Below are positions 18,399 through 32,049 of a stretch of DNA of 64,000 nucleotides, one piece after another. The position numbers and the translations under genes were made by a program. The stretch lies in the NCBI RefSeq assembly GCF_009914755.1, contig NC_060947.1; one strand, given 5' to 3'. How positions within the stretch are numbered: position 1 is the stretch's first letter; every line of letters starts with the position of its first letter. The DNA comes from the human T2T-CHM13v2.0 reference genome, Homo sapiens. The notes beneath the pieces are model-generated. The model was not told the DNA's origin and made no database searches. It saw only the letters and a program-made list of their open reading frames with translations.

Positions 18399-19341
18399 CA
18401 GTAAAAAGATACTGATGCAAACTTTGGAATAGTCTCATTACTTGGAGACATAGACTTATAGAATGTTAGATGTTGCATGTGAAAACTGATGTTCTGGGAG
18501 ATGGGAATCAATTTTTCCACTCTCCTCTGGGTTCCACCAGGAAACATTTTCCTTACACTCTCCTGGCATCTGTCTGTTTTCTCACCTACTAATTCTGATG
18601 ACTTAACCCAGTTGGTGAATTTAGGAGCATGAAATGAGCAAGTGTAATTCACTCTCCTTCCTCTCCATTTTCTTTGGAGCCAGTTGCTCATTGGAAGTGT
18701 GCATTCTTGTCTGCTCCTTTATGCTTTAAGTTTTACAGGGAGAGACTTTCCCATGAGGATACCTATGGTTATATAGCATTACCTGTGGTGCAATATTAGG
18801 GAAGCCACATTCTCCAATATCAGCTTTATCAGTAACAAAGCTAATGTTTTGACCTCCATGTGTATCACTTTTCTATCTTTCAATTGGTCCCAAACTCAGG
18901 CAAAGACAGAGTGAATTATATTGTGCCATCCTTAAAACTCTTATAACCAGAAAGTAGAAGTCCTACAAACCTAGAAGGAACATGCAATGTCTGTGGACTT
19001 CAGTCATGCTCCATTGTGTATCTGGGGAGTCATTCCAATAAATGTTTATCAGAGCAGAAAGATTATCTATTTTCCTGGCCAACACTTTGATGAAATAGTC
19101 TTTCACTACCCCCATTGACAGACTGAAATGCCTACTGTGTGACAATTTGGTACTAGACACCCTAGTAACCTTGGAAAACTTCCACAAGGAAGGCAACACA
19201 CCAGATGTGGTCTTATGGAAAAACCTAATACCTGTGTTTAGCTTTACTGGCCCCTTCCACACAAGCTTGTGCAGGTTTGAAAAAGACATAGCTATTTCTG
19301 GGGGTATCTCAGTACTGTCTTATTGAATGAGATGGCCTGGA
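18399..19341 (-). pseudogene. Candidate decayed exon(s) containing the 108-aa and 97-aa minus-strand ORFs
   Basis: CCCTACATTTCAG acceptor leads in phase into the 18963-19289 ORF frame; degenerate donor ATAAGT at 18393-18398; non-repetitive. Confidence 0.3.
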
Positions 19342-19451
19342 CTGAAATGTAGGGAACCCTACAGACCCTAATGGAGTAGTATTTCTAGACTGAATGGGCT
19401 TGTTGTCAAAAGGGATTTCTCCTCATGTAATAGAAATTCTTCTCTCCTTAC

Positions 19452-19826
19452 CTTAATTATCTGTGCTCTGAATTTGTGAGAAAACGTTCTACCTCCAAAA
19501 ATAGTTAGGAAGAAGTTCCTATAATATTATCAAGATGGAAAAAAGTCTTTAACGATTGCAGTAGAATGACTCCAGTACCCTTCAGAAGGGACAGTAAAAA
19601 CCATGCTGAGTAAGACACTGGCCTATCTACTTGTGATTCTGTTATGTTAATATATAAAGTATCTAATTCGAATGTCCTTTCTTTTCTGGCTGGAGAAACC
19701 CCTTAGCAAATACTTAGCGAGTTAACAGTCTGTGTTTCTTCGCCAGAGCTCCCAAATCAGCCCTTTCCCTTGGAGTAAAAAAGAGACCCAAAAGAAGAGG
19801 GGAGGAATAACCATATTGTTAAAGAA
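19452..19826 (-). pseudogene. Candidate 375-nt exon (...ERTFELDTLYINITESQVDRPVSYSAWFLLSLLKGTGVILLQSLKTFFHLDNIIGTSS*LFLEVERFL...)
   Basis: CCACTCTTTTCAG acceptor and AAG|GTAAGG donor; length divisible by 3; one frame throughout with four in-frame stops. Confidence 0.35.
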
Positions 19827-20164
19827 CTGAAAAGAGTGGCTTTGTATGGCATTTTTAAATACTTGGTTGAAGTGAGGGAAAGAAACAGAAAACTGTGATG
19901 CCTTGCAAACTGTGCAAGTTAAGTCAATCTGGACTAGATTTTATATAAATGTGAATGACAAACCTGTAATCTATCATCTCACTTATGACTGTGCATTTTA
20001 TTTTCTCAGCAACGTTTGATTTTGAAAACTTGTATGTTTTTTCAATGAAAATTAGAGTATAATGAGTTCTTTTACACTCTGATCAGTCTTGAGAGGACAG
20101 ATTCATTCAACAAATATTTTTGAGCTCCTACTCTGTACCAGGCACCTTCATGTCTTAAGAATAA

Positions 20165-20457
20165 CACCGCATGTTCTCACTCATAGATGGGAATTGAACA
20201 ATGAGATCACTTGGACACAGAGCGGGGAACATCACACACCAGGGCCTGTAGGGGCGTGGGGGGCTGGGGGAAGGATAGCATTAGGAGAAATAGCTAATGT
20301 AAATGATGAGTTGATGGGTGCAGCAAACCACCATGGCATGTGTATGCCTATGTATCAAACCTGCGTGTTCTGCACATGTACCTTAGAACTTAAAGTATAA
20401 TAAATAAGTAAATAAATAAAAATTAAAAATAAAAACCATGAATACAAATTTTAAAAA
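20165..20457 (+). mobile_element. L1PA7/8-age 3'-end insertion
   Basis: L1 3'UTR plus A-rich tail; TSD aagaataa at 20157-20164 and 20458-20465. Confidence 0.9.
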
Positions 20458-20468
20458 AAGAATAAGAC

Positions 20469-20846
20469 TGTCAATCTATTCATGATGCTATAACAAAATA
20501 TCTGAGGCTAGGTAACTTATAAGTAACAGAAATGTATTGCTCACAGGTTGTTGGGAAGTCCAAGATCAAGACACCAGTAGATTTGGTGTGTGATGAAGCC
20601 TGCTCTCTGCTTCAAAGATGGTGCCTCTTGCTGCCTTCTCATATGGCAGAAGGAAGGCCAAAAAGGGTGGGGGTGGGAGTAGCTAGTTCCTTCCAGCCCT
20701 TTTGTAATGTCAATAATCCCATTCATGAGGGCTCTGCCCTCATGACTTAATCACCTCCTAAAGGTCTCACCTCTTAATACTATCACATTGGGGTTTAAGT
20801 TCCAGCATATGAATTTTGGAGGGACACATGCATTCAAACCATAGCA
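20469..20846. mobile_element. MaLR solo LTR (MLT1A/MST family)
   Basis: tgctataacaaaata...gggaagtccaagatcaag...gaattttggagggacacatgcattcaaaccatagca. Confidence 0.85.
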
Positions 20847-21349
20847 ATGAGTAAACAATAGATATGGTTTTTGTCCTCATGGAACTTTCAAATATAGTGA
20901 GGGGAGATAGTCATTAAATAATTACATACTAGCAGTCTGTATTAGCCTTTATAAATGAAAAATACAGAGAGCTATGAGAACATATAAACCTGATCTTATC
21001 TGAGTTGAATGATCGGCAAAGGTTTTCCTATGAATGAGATGTTTACACTGAAAGCAAAAGTATGAGTAAAAGTGGGGTAAGCAGACGGTAGGCGAAGAGA
21101 GGGAGCAGGAAGACATTCAAGGCAATGGAAACAGTATATGAAGAGGACCAAAGTCATGAGTGTCTGCTATTGTAGAATAATTAAGAGCTAGAAAGTGCGG
21201 CTAGAAAGTAGAAACCAAGAGAGTGTATCAAAAAGTGAAACCACAATGGGAGATATGGGACAGTTCTTGCAGGGTTCAAGATTTTAAACATGGGACTTTA
21301 TATTAATAGCAATGAGGAGCCACTGAAAGATAAGATTTTAAGCAATGCT

Positions 21350-21351
<2 letters not shown>

Positions 21352-21399
<48 letters not shown>

Positions 21400-21437
21400 A
21401 GGGAGAGAGAGAGAGAGAGAGAGAAGAGAAGAGAAGA
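21352..21437. repeat. Compound (TG)n(GA)n microsatellite
   Basis: Seen directly. Confidence 0.95.
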
Positions 21438-22294
21438 AGTCAAATTGGTATTTTATAGAGATACTACTACTACTCTGGCCCTAGTATGGAGACTAGTATA
21501 TAGGAGGCCAAGAAAGGTAACAGGGGAACCAGTCTTAAGGTTACTAAAATCACCATGAGAGAATGGTGACGACTTAAGGTAGAAATGGGAAATTATGGGC
21601 ATGGGGAATAAGTCATCTAATTTGAGAGACTTTTAGGAGGTAAAATACACATGGCTTAGTTCTAGATTGAATGTGGGATATTCCCCCACAGTCATTTTGA
21701 CTTGGCTGATGGGATGGATGGCAGGATTGTTTGCTGAGATACAAAATACTAGAATAGTGGAATTTACTTATTTATTTTTTGGCAGGAAAGAGATGATCAG
21801 TTCAATTTGAACACTGAGTTTCGGATAAATGTGAAATATTCAAATAGAGATACAGGCATACTTAATTTTATTGTGCTTTGCTCTATTGTGCTTCATAGAT
21901 ACTGCATTTTTTACAAATTGAAGGTTTGTGGAAATCCTATGTCAAGCAAGTCTATTGGCACCATTTTTTCCAACAGCATGTGCTCACTTCATGTCTGTAT
22001 GTCACATTTTGGGAATTTGGTAATTGTCACAATATTTCAACCTTTCCATTATTATTATATCTGTTATGGTGATTGTGATCGGTGATCTTTGATGTTACTA
22101 TTGTAATTATTTGGGGATGCCACTAACTGTGCCTCTGTAAGATAGCAAAGTTGATTGATAAATGTTGTATGTGTTCTGACTGTTCCACTGAACAGCCATT
22201 CCCTTGTCTTTCTCTCTGTCCTTGGGCCTCTCTATTCTGAGACACAACAATATTTAAATTAATAATCATACAGTGGCCTCTAAGTGTTCAAGTG

Positions 22295-22669
22295 TGATCT
22301 GGTTTGGCTGTGTCCCCACCCAAATTTCATCTTCAATTGTACTCCCATAATTTCTACATGTTGTGGGAGGGACCTGAGGGGAGATAATTGAGTCATGGGG
22401 GCGGTTTCCCCCATACTGTTCTCATGGGAGTAAATAAGTCTCACGAGATCTGATGGTTTTATCAGGGGTTTCTGCTTTTGCATCTTCCTCATTCTCTCTT
22501 TGCCCTGCTGCCATCCACATAAGACAGGACTTGCTCCTTCTTGCCTTCCACCATAATTGTGAGGCTTCCCCAACCACGTGGAACTGTAAGTCCAATTAAA
22601 CCTCTTTCTTTTGTAAATTGCCCAGTCTCAGGTATGCCTTTATCAGCAGCATGAAAATGGACTAATACA
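22295..22669 (+). mobile_element. THE1-family MaLR solo LTR nested in Tigger1
   Basis: tgatctggtttggctgtgtccccaccc ... ggactaataca; (a)agtg target duplication. Confidence 0.92.
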
Positions 22670-23737
22670 AGTGATAGAAAGAGTCGCACATCTTTCACTT
22701 TAAATCAAAAGCTTGAAGTGATTAAGCTTAGGGAGGAAGGCATTTCAAAAGCTGAGTTAGGGAGAAAGCTAGACCTCTTGCACTAAACCACTGGCCAAGT
22801 TGTAAATGCAAAGAAAAGCTCTTGAAAAAATTAAAAGTGCCACTTTCCTGAATACATGAATGATTAGAAAGTGAGGTAACCTTATATTACTCATCTGGAG
22901 AAAGTTTGTGTGCTCTGGATAGAAGATCAAACCAACCACAGAATTCCCTTAAGCTGAAGCCTAATCCAGAGCAAGAGCTTAACTCTGTTCAATTCAATGA
23001 AGGCCGAGAGAGGCAAGAAAGCTGCAGAAGAAAAGTCTGAACCTAGCAGAGGTTGGTTCATGAGTTACAAGGAAAGAAGCCATCTCCATAACAAAAATGC
23101 AAGGTGATGCAGCAAGTGCTGATGGGGAAGCTGCAGTGAGTTATCCAGAAGATCTAGCTCAGAAAACTGATAAAAGTGGTTACACTAAGCAATAGATTTT
23201 CAATGTTGATGAAACAGTCTTCTATTGGAAGAATATGCCATCTAGAACTTTCATAGCTAGAGAGAAGTCAACACCTGATTTCAAAGCTTCTAAGGACAGG
23301 CTGACTCTCTTTTTAGGGGCTAATGCAGCTGGTGATTTTAAGTTGAAGCCAATGGTCATTTATCATTCTGAAAATCCTTGGGCCCTGAAGAATTATGCTA
23401 CGTCTACTCTACTTTTGCTCTGTGAATGGAACAACAAAGCCTGGAAGGCAGCACACCTGTTTACAGCATAGTTTACTGAATATTTAAAGCCCATTGTGGA
23501 TACCTACTGCTAAGAAAAAGAAGTTTCTTTCAAAATATTACTGCCCATTGATAATGCACCTGCTAGGTCAAGAGCTCTGATGGAAATGTACAAGAATATT
23601 AATGTTGTTTTCATGCCTGCTAGCACAACAACCATTCTGTGGCTCATGGATCAAGGAGTAATTTTGACTTTCAAGTTTTTTGTGTGGATCCTCCTATGGT
23701 ACAAAGACTTTCAAGCCTTGTTATTTTTTTAAAAACA

Positions 23738-23940
23738 TTTTTTGAGGCAGAGTCTCACTCTGTCATCCAGGCTGGTATGCAATGGCATAATCATGGCTCA
23801 CTGCAGCCTCAGCCTGCTGGGCTCAAGTGATCCTCCTGCCTCAGCCTCCTGAGTATCTGGGACTACAGATGTGTGCCATCGCACCTGGCTAATTTTTAAA
23901 ATTTTTTGTAAAGATAGGGCCTTACTATGTCACTCAGACT
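23738..23940 (-). mobile_element. Truncated AluJ-type fragment nested in Tigger1
   Basis: gcagagtctcactctgtcatccaggctgg...tcatggctcactgcagcctc. Confidence 0.85.
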
Positions 23941-26605
23941 AAAAAATACATTTTTTAATGCTACCGCTGCTATACATAGTGATTCCACTGAAGTATCTGG
24001 GAGAAGTACATTGAAAACCTTTTGGAAATATTCAACATTCTAGATGGCATAAAGAATATTCACGATTCATGAGTTGAAGTCAAAATATTAACATTAGCAG
24101 GAGTTTGGAAGAAGTTGATTCCAATCCTCATGATGACTTTGAGGGGTTCAAGACTTCAGTGGAGGAAGTAACTGCAGATGTGGTAAAAACAGAAAGATTA
24201 GAAGTGGAGCCTGAAGATGTGACTAAGCTGCTGCAATATCATGATAAAACTTTAACATGACGAGGAGTTGCTTCTAATGAATGAAAATAGAAAGTGGTTT
24301 CTTGAGATGGAATCTACTCCTGGTAAGGATGCTATGAACATTGTTGAAATGACAACAAAGGATTTAGAATATTCCAGTTGATAAAGCAGTGGTCTGGTTT
24401 GAAAGGATTGACTCCAATTTTGAAAGAAGTTCTGCTGTGGGTAAAATGCTATCAAACAGCATTGCATGCTACAGAGAAATATTTGTGAAAGGAAGAGTCG
24501 GTCGAGTGGGCAAATGTCATTGTTGTCTTATTTTAAGGAATTTCCACAGCCACTCCAACCTTCAGCAACCACCACCCTGATCAGTCAGCAGACACCAACA
24601 TTGAGGCAAGACCTTCTACCAGCAAAAAGATTAGGACTTACTGTAGGCTGGGATGATTGTTAGCATTTTTTAGCAATAAAGTATCTTTTATTAAGGTATG
24701 TACATTACTTTTTAGACGTAATTTTACAATGAATATACTGCAGTTTGGTGTAAACATAACCTTTACATGTACTGGGAAACCAAGAAATTCATGTGGCTAT
24801 TTTTATTGTGATATTTGCTTTACTGTGGTGGTATGAACATGAACCCACAATATCTCTGAGATATGCTTGTATTAAAGTGGCAGTTGGATATATAGATCTG
24901 GCTAAGGAAAGATGACTAGGCCAGAGATGTAAATTTAGGAGCCATTGGCATATAGACAGTAATAATAATTTTGATCATACAAATGGATGAGATGATTCAG
25001 GAAGAATATACAGAAGGAGATGAGAGGACAGCCTGGGACAGAAGCCTGGGAAAGTCTAGCTTTTAAGGGAAGAGTAGAGGAAAATGATCTAACTAAGGAG
25101 AATGAAGAGTGTCTGGAGAGTTCGAGTCAGGAGTGTGCTGTCCTGGAAGCCAGCAAAGAACTGTTTTCATCAGGAGGACATGGGCAGCCCACTGAGAGGT
25201 CAAGGAAGATGGGGGCCGACAGGTGGCCAGGGGTGGTGACACCATGAAGGTCATTGGTGGCCTTGACAACAAGCTGATTTGGTGGGGTCATGGAAGCCAG
25301 GCCAGACTGGAGTAGACTGAGAGAGAGTGAGAAGTGAGATGATGGAGTGTTTGAGGGGGTTGACAGGGAAGAGGAAGGTTAAGGGAGAGAGGAGGGGATG
25401 TAGTTTTGAAGGAGACTGTTTTCCTTTTTGCTTCCTGAATATTGGAGATGTTGAAAATACAGGAGAAAGAGTGAGCTAGAGAGAATGATCACTATTATAA
25501 GAAATCAGAGAAGGCCAAGGAGCTTGGGATCCAGCTTGCAGCAGGTGAAGGGACTGGTCTTAAAAAGGAGTAGGAACCCTTCTCCGTCAGAACAGAAGGA
25601 AAGGGGGGACATTGCTTTAGGGTTTTCCAAATGTATGCTTTTCACAATTCATTTAGAATCAATAAATCTATTTAGAATCAGTATTTTACTAATTCAATTG
25701 GAATGTAGAAACCTTACCACCATATAGATTCCTTTACCTTCCACATCTTTGTGCTATAGTTGCCTTACATATTATATCTATATACATTGAACATCCTATC
25801 AGACATTTTCTTGTTTTTGTTTGTTTGTTTTTGCTTTCAATCATCAAACGTGTTGTAAGGAACTCAAGAGGAGAAAAGTCTATTATTTTTACCCAGATAT
25901 TTACTATTTCTATTGCTTTTCCTTCATTCTTGATGATCCAGATTTTCTTTTGGCATCATTTCCTCTCTGTCAGAAAACTTTTTTTTTAGCAATTCTCTGA
26001 AAGCAGGTTTGCTGGTTTTGAATTCTCTTTTTCTGAATCCTAAAATGTATTTATTTCACCATTATTGAGGATATTTTCATTGGATTTAGGATTCTAGGTT
26101 GACAACCTTTCATTTTGGTACTTGAAAAATGTTGTTTACTTACTTCTGGGCCCCGTGCTTTTGAATGAGAAATCCATTTTCCCTATAGAATACATTGTTT
26201 TTCTACGGCTGATTTCAAGACTTGTTTCTTTTTCATTATCTTTCAGCAATTTGATTATGATGTATCTGGTCATGGATTTCTTTGGGTTTATCCTGAATGA
26301 GATTGGCTCATCATTGTAAATCTATAGATTTGTCTTTGTCAAACTTGAAAAGTTTTCAACCATTATTTCTTCAAATATTTTTTCAACTCAGCACTTTCTT
26401 ATCTCCTTCTTGGACACCAATTTTGTGAATTATAGAATTTTTGTTATTGTTCCACAGGTCTCTGAGGTTCATTTTTTCAATCTTTTTTTCTGTGTTCAGA
26501 TTGGATAATTTCTATTGCTCTATCTTCAAGTTCACTGACTCTTTTCTCTATAATCTCTATTTTTCCAGTAAGTCCATGTAGTAATATTTGTTTGTCTGTA
26601 GGGAT

Positions 26606-27279
<674 letters not shown>

Positions 27280-28639
27280 ATATTCCATTTTTATTTAACT
27301 GATTATTTCAGTTCTAAAATTTCTATTGTGTTCTCCTTTATATTTTTTATTTCTTTGCTGATACCTTCTTTTTTAATATTTGTTTCAAAAGTGTTCACAA
27401 TTGCCCACTAGATAATTTTCATAATACTTTCTTTAAAGTTTTTGTCAGATAATTATTGTTGGCATCTATTGTCCTTTCCCATGCAAGCCGAGATTTTCAT
27501 GCTTCTTTGTACGCCAGCTGGTTTTTGGTTTATATCCTGAACATTTTGAATATTACATTTTAAGGCATTCAATCTGATTTAAATCCTAGGAAAATATTGA
27601 TATTTTTTAGTCTTCTTTGTAAGTTTAGTTTTCAAAGTTTTTGCAGTGCTATTTGGGTCTATGCCACCCAGTGGTCAGTCTGAGGCGTAGGTGAAGATCT
27701 ACTTGTTAGCTCAGTTTTCAAAGTCTTTAGTATAATAGTTAGTATCAAATCCATGAATAAATGAGTCAGGGTAACATCATGAGTTCAACAGCTTTATGGA
27801 GTCACTTCTCCAAGTTCCTCTCTCTGTTATCTCCCAGTATTTTTCTGTTCCTAAGTAACATATTTTCAGTCTTCCAGCCCAAAACTGCCCCTTCCATAAT
27901 TATACTATGTCCAGCAGAAGGACAAAGAAAGGGTTAAAAGCAATGGGATTTGGCCCTGCCCTCTTGGAGCTATATCTGCATCCAATAGAGAAGAATGTTC
28001 CCTTCTCTCAGAGTTTTGGCTCCTGCATACTTTCATTGCCAGGCTATATTGCTGCCACAATATTATCTGGAGGCTGGGAACATGAGAATGAAGAAAAAGG
28101 AAAGAAGAAACGGGATATTCTTCCACCCCTGAATTTTAGATATTACCTTTCCTGCTCCTTGAGCCAGGCTTCTGAGATTTGAGTTGAGGCCAGGGGCTGC
28201 CAGAACAAAAAAACATGATGCTGGTTTGTTGGTACTTTGAATTGTGATGTTTTTTCATAATATATCTGCTATTTACTTTTTAGCATTCTCAAATAGCTGT
28301 TCATGCATTCTGTCCACATTTTGAAGTTCAGTTCAGTGGGAGAGAAAGGAAGGTATACATTATTATTCCACCTGTGCAAGAACTGAAAGGTTTTCCACAT
28401 AAGTCCTTTAGAATTTTCAACTTGCACATTACCCAGAACAGGGAGTTTGCAACAAAACATCATTTATAAATTGATCAGGCAATGTGCCAAGCCCAACTTG
28501 GCTTAGGCTTTGAGCCTGACTGACATGCTTGCTTTCCTTTCTCAGTATAGACCAGGATAACTCCATTTGACAAAAAACAGTTGTCTATACTCACAAGACT
28601 AATATTTCAATTAGAACTCATATTTACAACTGGTCAGGA

Positions 28640-29040
28640 ACTTAATCCAAATTGACTTTATCAAAAGGGAAATGTATTGGCTCATGTAACAGAATAGCCC
28701 AGGGATAGATCTAGTTTTAGATAACATGACTGAATCCAGGAACTCAAATAATGTCAAGGCATGAGCTCTATCCATTTCTCAGTTATGCTTTCCTCAGCAT
28801 TATATCCATTTCTTACAGATTCTTCCCTCATTGTAGCAGGGTAGTTGCCAGTAACTCCTGGTTTACAATTTCATGACTTTAAGTCCAGCAGAATAGAAAA
28901 CATCTGTTTGTCTATTACTTGAACGAGATTACTGGCATTATCTCTGATCAGATCAGAATAGTGTACTTGAGTAACATGCTCATATCTTAACCACATATTG
29001 TGGCTTACAAGAGTGATTGGCCAGACCTGTGTGGCATGTA
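28640..29040. mobile_element. Old MLT1-type LTR fragment
   Basis: aaagggaaatgtattggctcatgtaacaga...tgaatccaggaactcaaataatgtca...tgattggccagacct. Confidence 0.55.
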
Positions 29041-29097
29041 AATTCTTGGAATTAGAAATAGAGAGCTTTATCCAAAGCATGGAAAGTGAATGGATAC

Positions 29098-29150
29098 AGA
29101 GGGAGAGCATTAGGACAAATACCTAATGCATGCAGGGCTTAAAGCCTGGT
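29098..29150 (+). mobile_element. ~50-bp L1PA8-10-type 3'UTR fragment
   Basis: agggagagcattaggacaaatacctaatgcatgcagggcttaaagcct. Confidence 0.8.
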
Positions 29151-32049
29151 AAATGTGTGCCATGGTGGTTTGCTGCACAGATCATCCCATCACCGAGGTA
29201 TTAAGCATAGCATCCATTAGCTATTCTTCCTGATGCTCTCCCTCCCCCCACCCCTCCCCCGCCCCATTGTGTGTTGTTCTCCTCCCTGTGTCCATGTATT
29301 CTCATCGTTCAGCTCCCACTTATAAGTGAGAACATGCAGTATCTGCTTTTCTGTTCCTGAGTTAGTTTGCTGAGGATAATGGCTTCCCACTCCATTCGTG
29401 TCCCCGAAGAGGACATGATCTCGTTCCTTTTTATAGCTGCATAGTATTCCATGGTGTATATGGACCACATTTTCTTTATCCAGTCCCTCATTGATGGGCA
29501 TTTAGGTTTATTCCATGTCTTTGCTATTGGGAATAGTGCTGCAATGAACATATGCATGCATATGTCTTTATAATAGAATGATTTATATTCCTTTGGGTAT
29601 ATACCCGGTAATGGAATTACTGGGTCAGATAGTGTTTCTGTCTTTAGCTCCTTGAGGAATTGCCACACTGTCTTCCACAATTCTTGAACTGATTTACACT
29701 CCCACCAACAGTGTAAAAGCATTTTTTTCTTCAAAACCTTTCCAGCATCTGTTATTTTTTTGACTTTTTAATAATAGCCATTGTGACGGATCTGACATGG
29801 TATTTCATTGCGGTTTTGATGTGCATTTCTCTAATGATCAGTGATGTTGAGCTTTTTTCCATATGATTGTCAGACGCATGTATGTCTTTTTTTAAATTGT
29901 TTTTTTTTTTAAGTTCTGGGGTACATGGGCAGGATGTGCAGGTTTGTTACATAGGTAAACATGTGCCATGGTGGTTTGCTACATTTATCAACCCATCACC
30001 TAGCTCTTTTCCCTAATGCTCTCCCCACCACTGCCCTCCTCCGACAGGCCCCAGTGTGTGTTGTTTCCTTCTCTGTGTCCATGTGTTCTCGTTGTTCAGC
30101 TACCACTTATAAGTGAGAACATGCAGTGTCTGTTCATATCCTTTGCCCACTTTTTAATAGAGTTGCTCAGCTTTTTCTTGTAAATTTGTTTAAGTTTCTT
30201 ATAGATGCTGGATATTAAACCTTTGTCAGATGCATAATTTGCATAAATTTTCTCCCATTTTGTAGGTTGTCTGTTTGTTGATAGTTTCTTTTGCTGTGCA
30301 GAAGCTCTTTAGAATAATTAGATCCCGTATGACAATTTTTGCTTTTGTTGCATTTGCTTTTGGTGTTTTCATCATGAAATCTTTGCCCATGCCTATGTTC
30401 TGAATGGTACTGCCTAGGTTTTCTTCCAGGGTTTTCATAGTTTGGGATTTTACATTTAAGTATTTAATCCATCCTGAGTTAATTTTTGTATATGGTGTAA
30501 GGAAGGGGTCCAGTTTCGATCTTCTGCATATAGCTAGCCAGTTATCCCAGCACCATTTATTGTTGTTGTTGTTATGCCTCTTAGGGAGGGGTTCCTCCTC
30601 CTCATTTTTTGGGAATAGTTTCAATATAAATGGTCCCAGATTTTCTTTGTACATGTGATAGAATTTGGCTATGAATCCAACTGGTCCTGGGCTTTTACTG
30701 GTTGGTAGGCTATTTATTACTGATTCAATTTCAGAGCCTGTTATTGGTCTTAGGAGTGTGTATGTGTCCAGGAATTTATCAATTTCTTCCAGATTTTCTA
30801 GTTTATGTGTATAGAGGTGTTCATAATATCCCAGCGATTCTTTGTATTTCTGTGGGGTCAGTGGTAATATCCCCTTTGTCATTTTTAATTGTGTTTATTT
30901 AGATCTTCTCTCCTTTTTTTCTTTCTTAGTCTAGCTGACAGTCTATCTATTTTATTGATTTAAAAAAAAAACAACTCCTGGATTCATTTATCTTTTGAAT
31001 GGTTTCTCATGTCTCAATCTTCTTCAGTTCAGCTCTGATTTTGGTTATTTCTTATTTTCTGCTAGCCTTGGGGTTGGTTTGCTCTTGGTTCTCTAGTTCA
31101 TTTCGTTGTGATGTTAGTTTGTTAAATTGAGATCTTTATAACTTTTTGATGTGGGCATTTAGTGCTATAAATTTTCCTTTTAACACTGCCTTAGCTGTGT
31201 TCCAGAGATTCTGGTATGTTGTGTCTTTGTTCTCATCAGTTTCAAAGAGCTTCTTGATTTCTGCCTTAATTTCATTATTTACCCAAAAGTTGTTCAGAAA
31301 CAGGTTATTTAATTTCCATGTAACTGTATGGTTTTGAGCAAATTTCTTAGTCTTGATTTCTAATTTGATTGTGCTGTGGTCCAAGAGAGTGGTTGTTATG
31401 ATTTCACTTCTTTTGCATTTGCTTAGGAGTGTTTTGTGTCCAATTATGTGGTCAATTTTAGAGCATTGCCATGTGGCGATGAAAAGAATGTACATTCTAT
31501 TGCTTTTGGGTAGAGAGTTGATGTCTGTCACGTTAATTACACATATCAGTAACAACCATGAATATAAACAGGCTAAATGCCCCAATTAAAAGGCATAGAG
31601 TGGCAATCTGGATAGAGAACCAAGACCCATTGGTATGCTGTCTTTGAGAGACTCGTCTCACATGCAGTGACACCCATAGGTTCAAAATATAGGGATGGAG
31701 AAAAATCTACCAAGCAAATGGAAAACAGCAAAAAGCAGGGGTTTCAATCCTAATTTCAGACAAAACAGATTTAAACCAACAAAGTTTTGAAAAGACAAAG
31801 AAGGGCATTCCATAATGGTAAAGGGTTCAATTCGACAAGAAGACCTAACTCTCCTAAATATATATTCACCCAATACAGGAGCACCCAGATTCATAAAGCA
31901 GGTTCTTAGAGACCTTCAAAAAGACTTAGACTCCCACACAATAATAGTGGGAGACTTCAATACCCCGCTGATAGTATTAGACAGATCATCAAAGCAGAAA
32001 ATTAACAAAGACATTTACCTGAACTCAGCACTGAATCAATTGGACCTGA
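29148..32049 (-). mobile_element. L1PA13-age LINE-1 with 5' inversion (about 31539-32049 on +), internal deletion and nested L1PA 3' fragment (about 29887-30127)
   Basis: Minus-strand ORF2 fragments 29309-31530; plus-strand EN fragment (NIYSPNTGAPRFIKQVLRDL...IVGDFNTPL) ends where the minus segment begins in L1 coordinates. Confidence 0.88.

Larger units (their letters stand above)
21853..24869 (+). mobile_element. Tigger1 (TcMar-Tigger) DNA transposon, near full length, transposase decayed
   Basis: TIRs caggcatac... and ...gatatgcttg with TA TSDs; transposase fragment [11 protein letters not shown]...[20 protein letters not shown]. Confidence 0.95.
20100..25600 (-). mobile_element. L2 element fragmented by L1PA, MaLR, microsatellite and Tigger1 insertions
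   Basis: L2 3' end antisense attcattcaacaaatatttttgagctcctactctgtaccaggcac at 20101; L2 motifs resume at 20850-21850 and 24880-25600. Confidence 0.75.

Noticed and set aside
22700-24660. Tigger1 transposase as a domesticated TIGD-like gene
   Set aside because: Multiple stops and frameshifts plus Alu and 30-bp insertions
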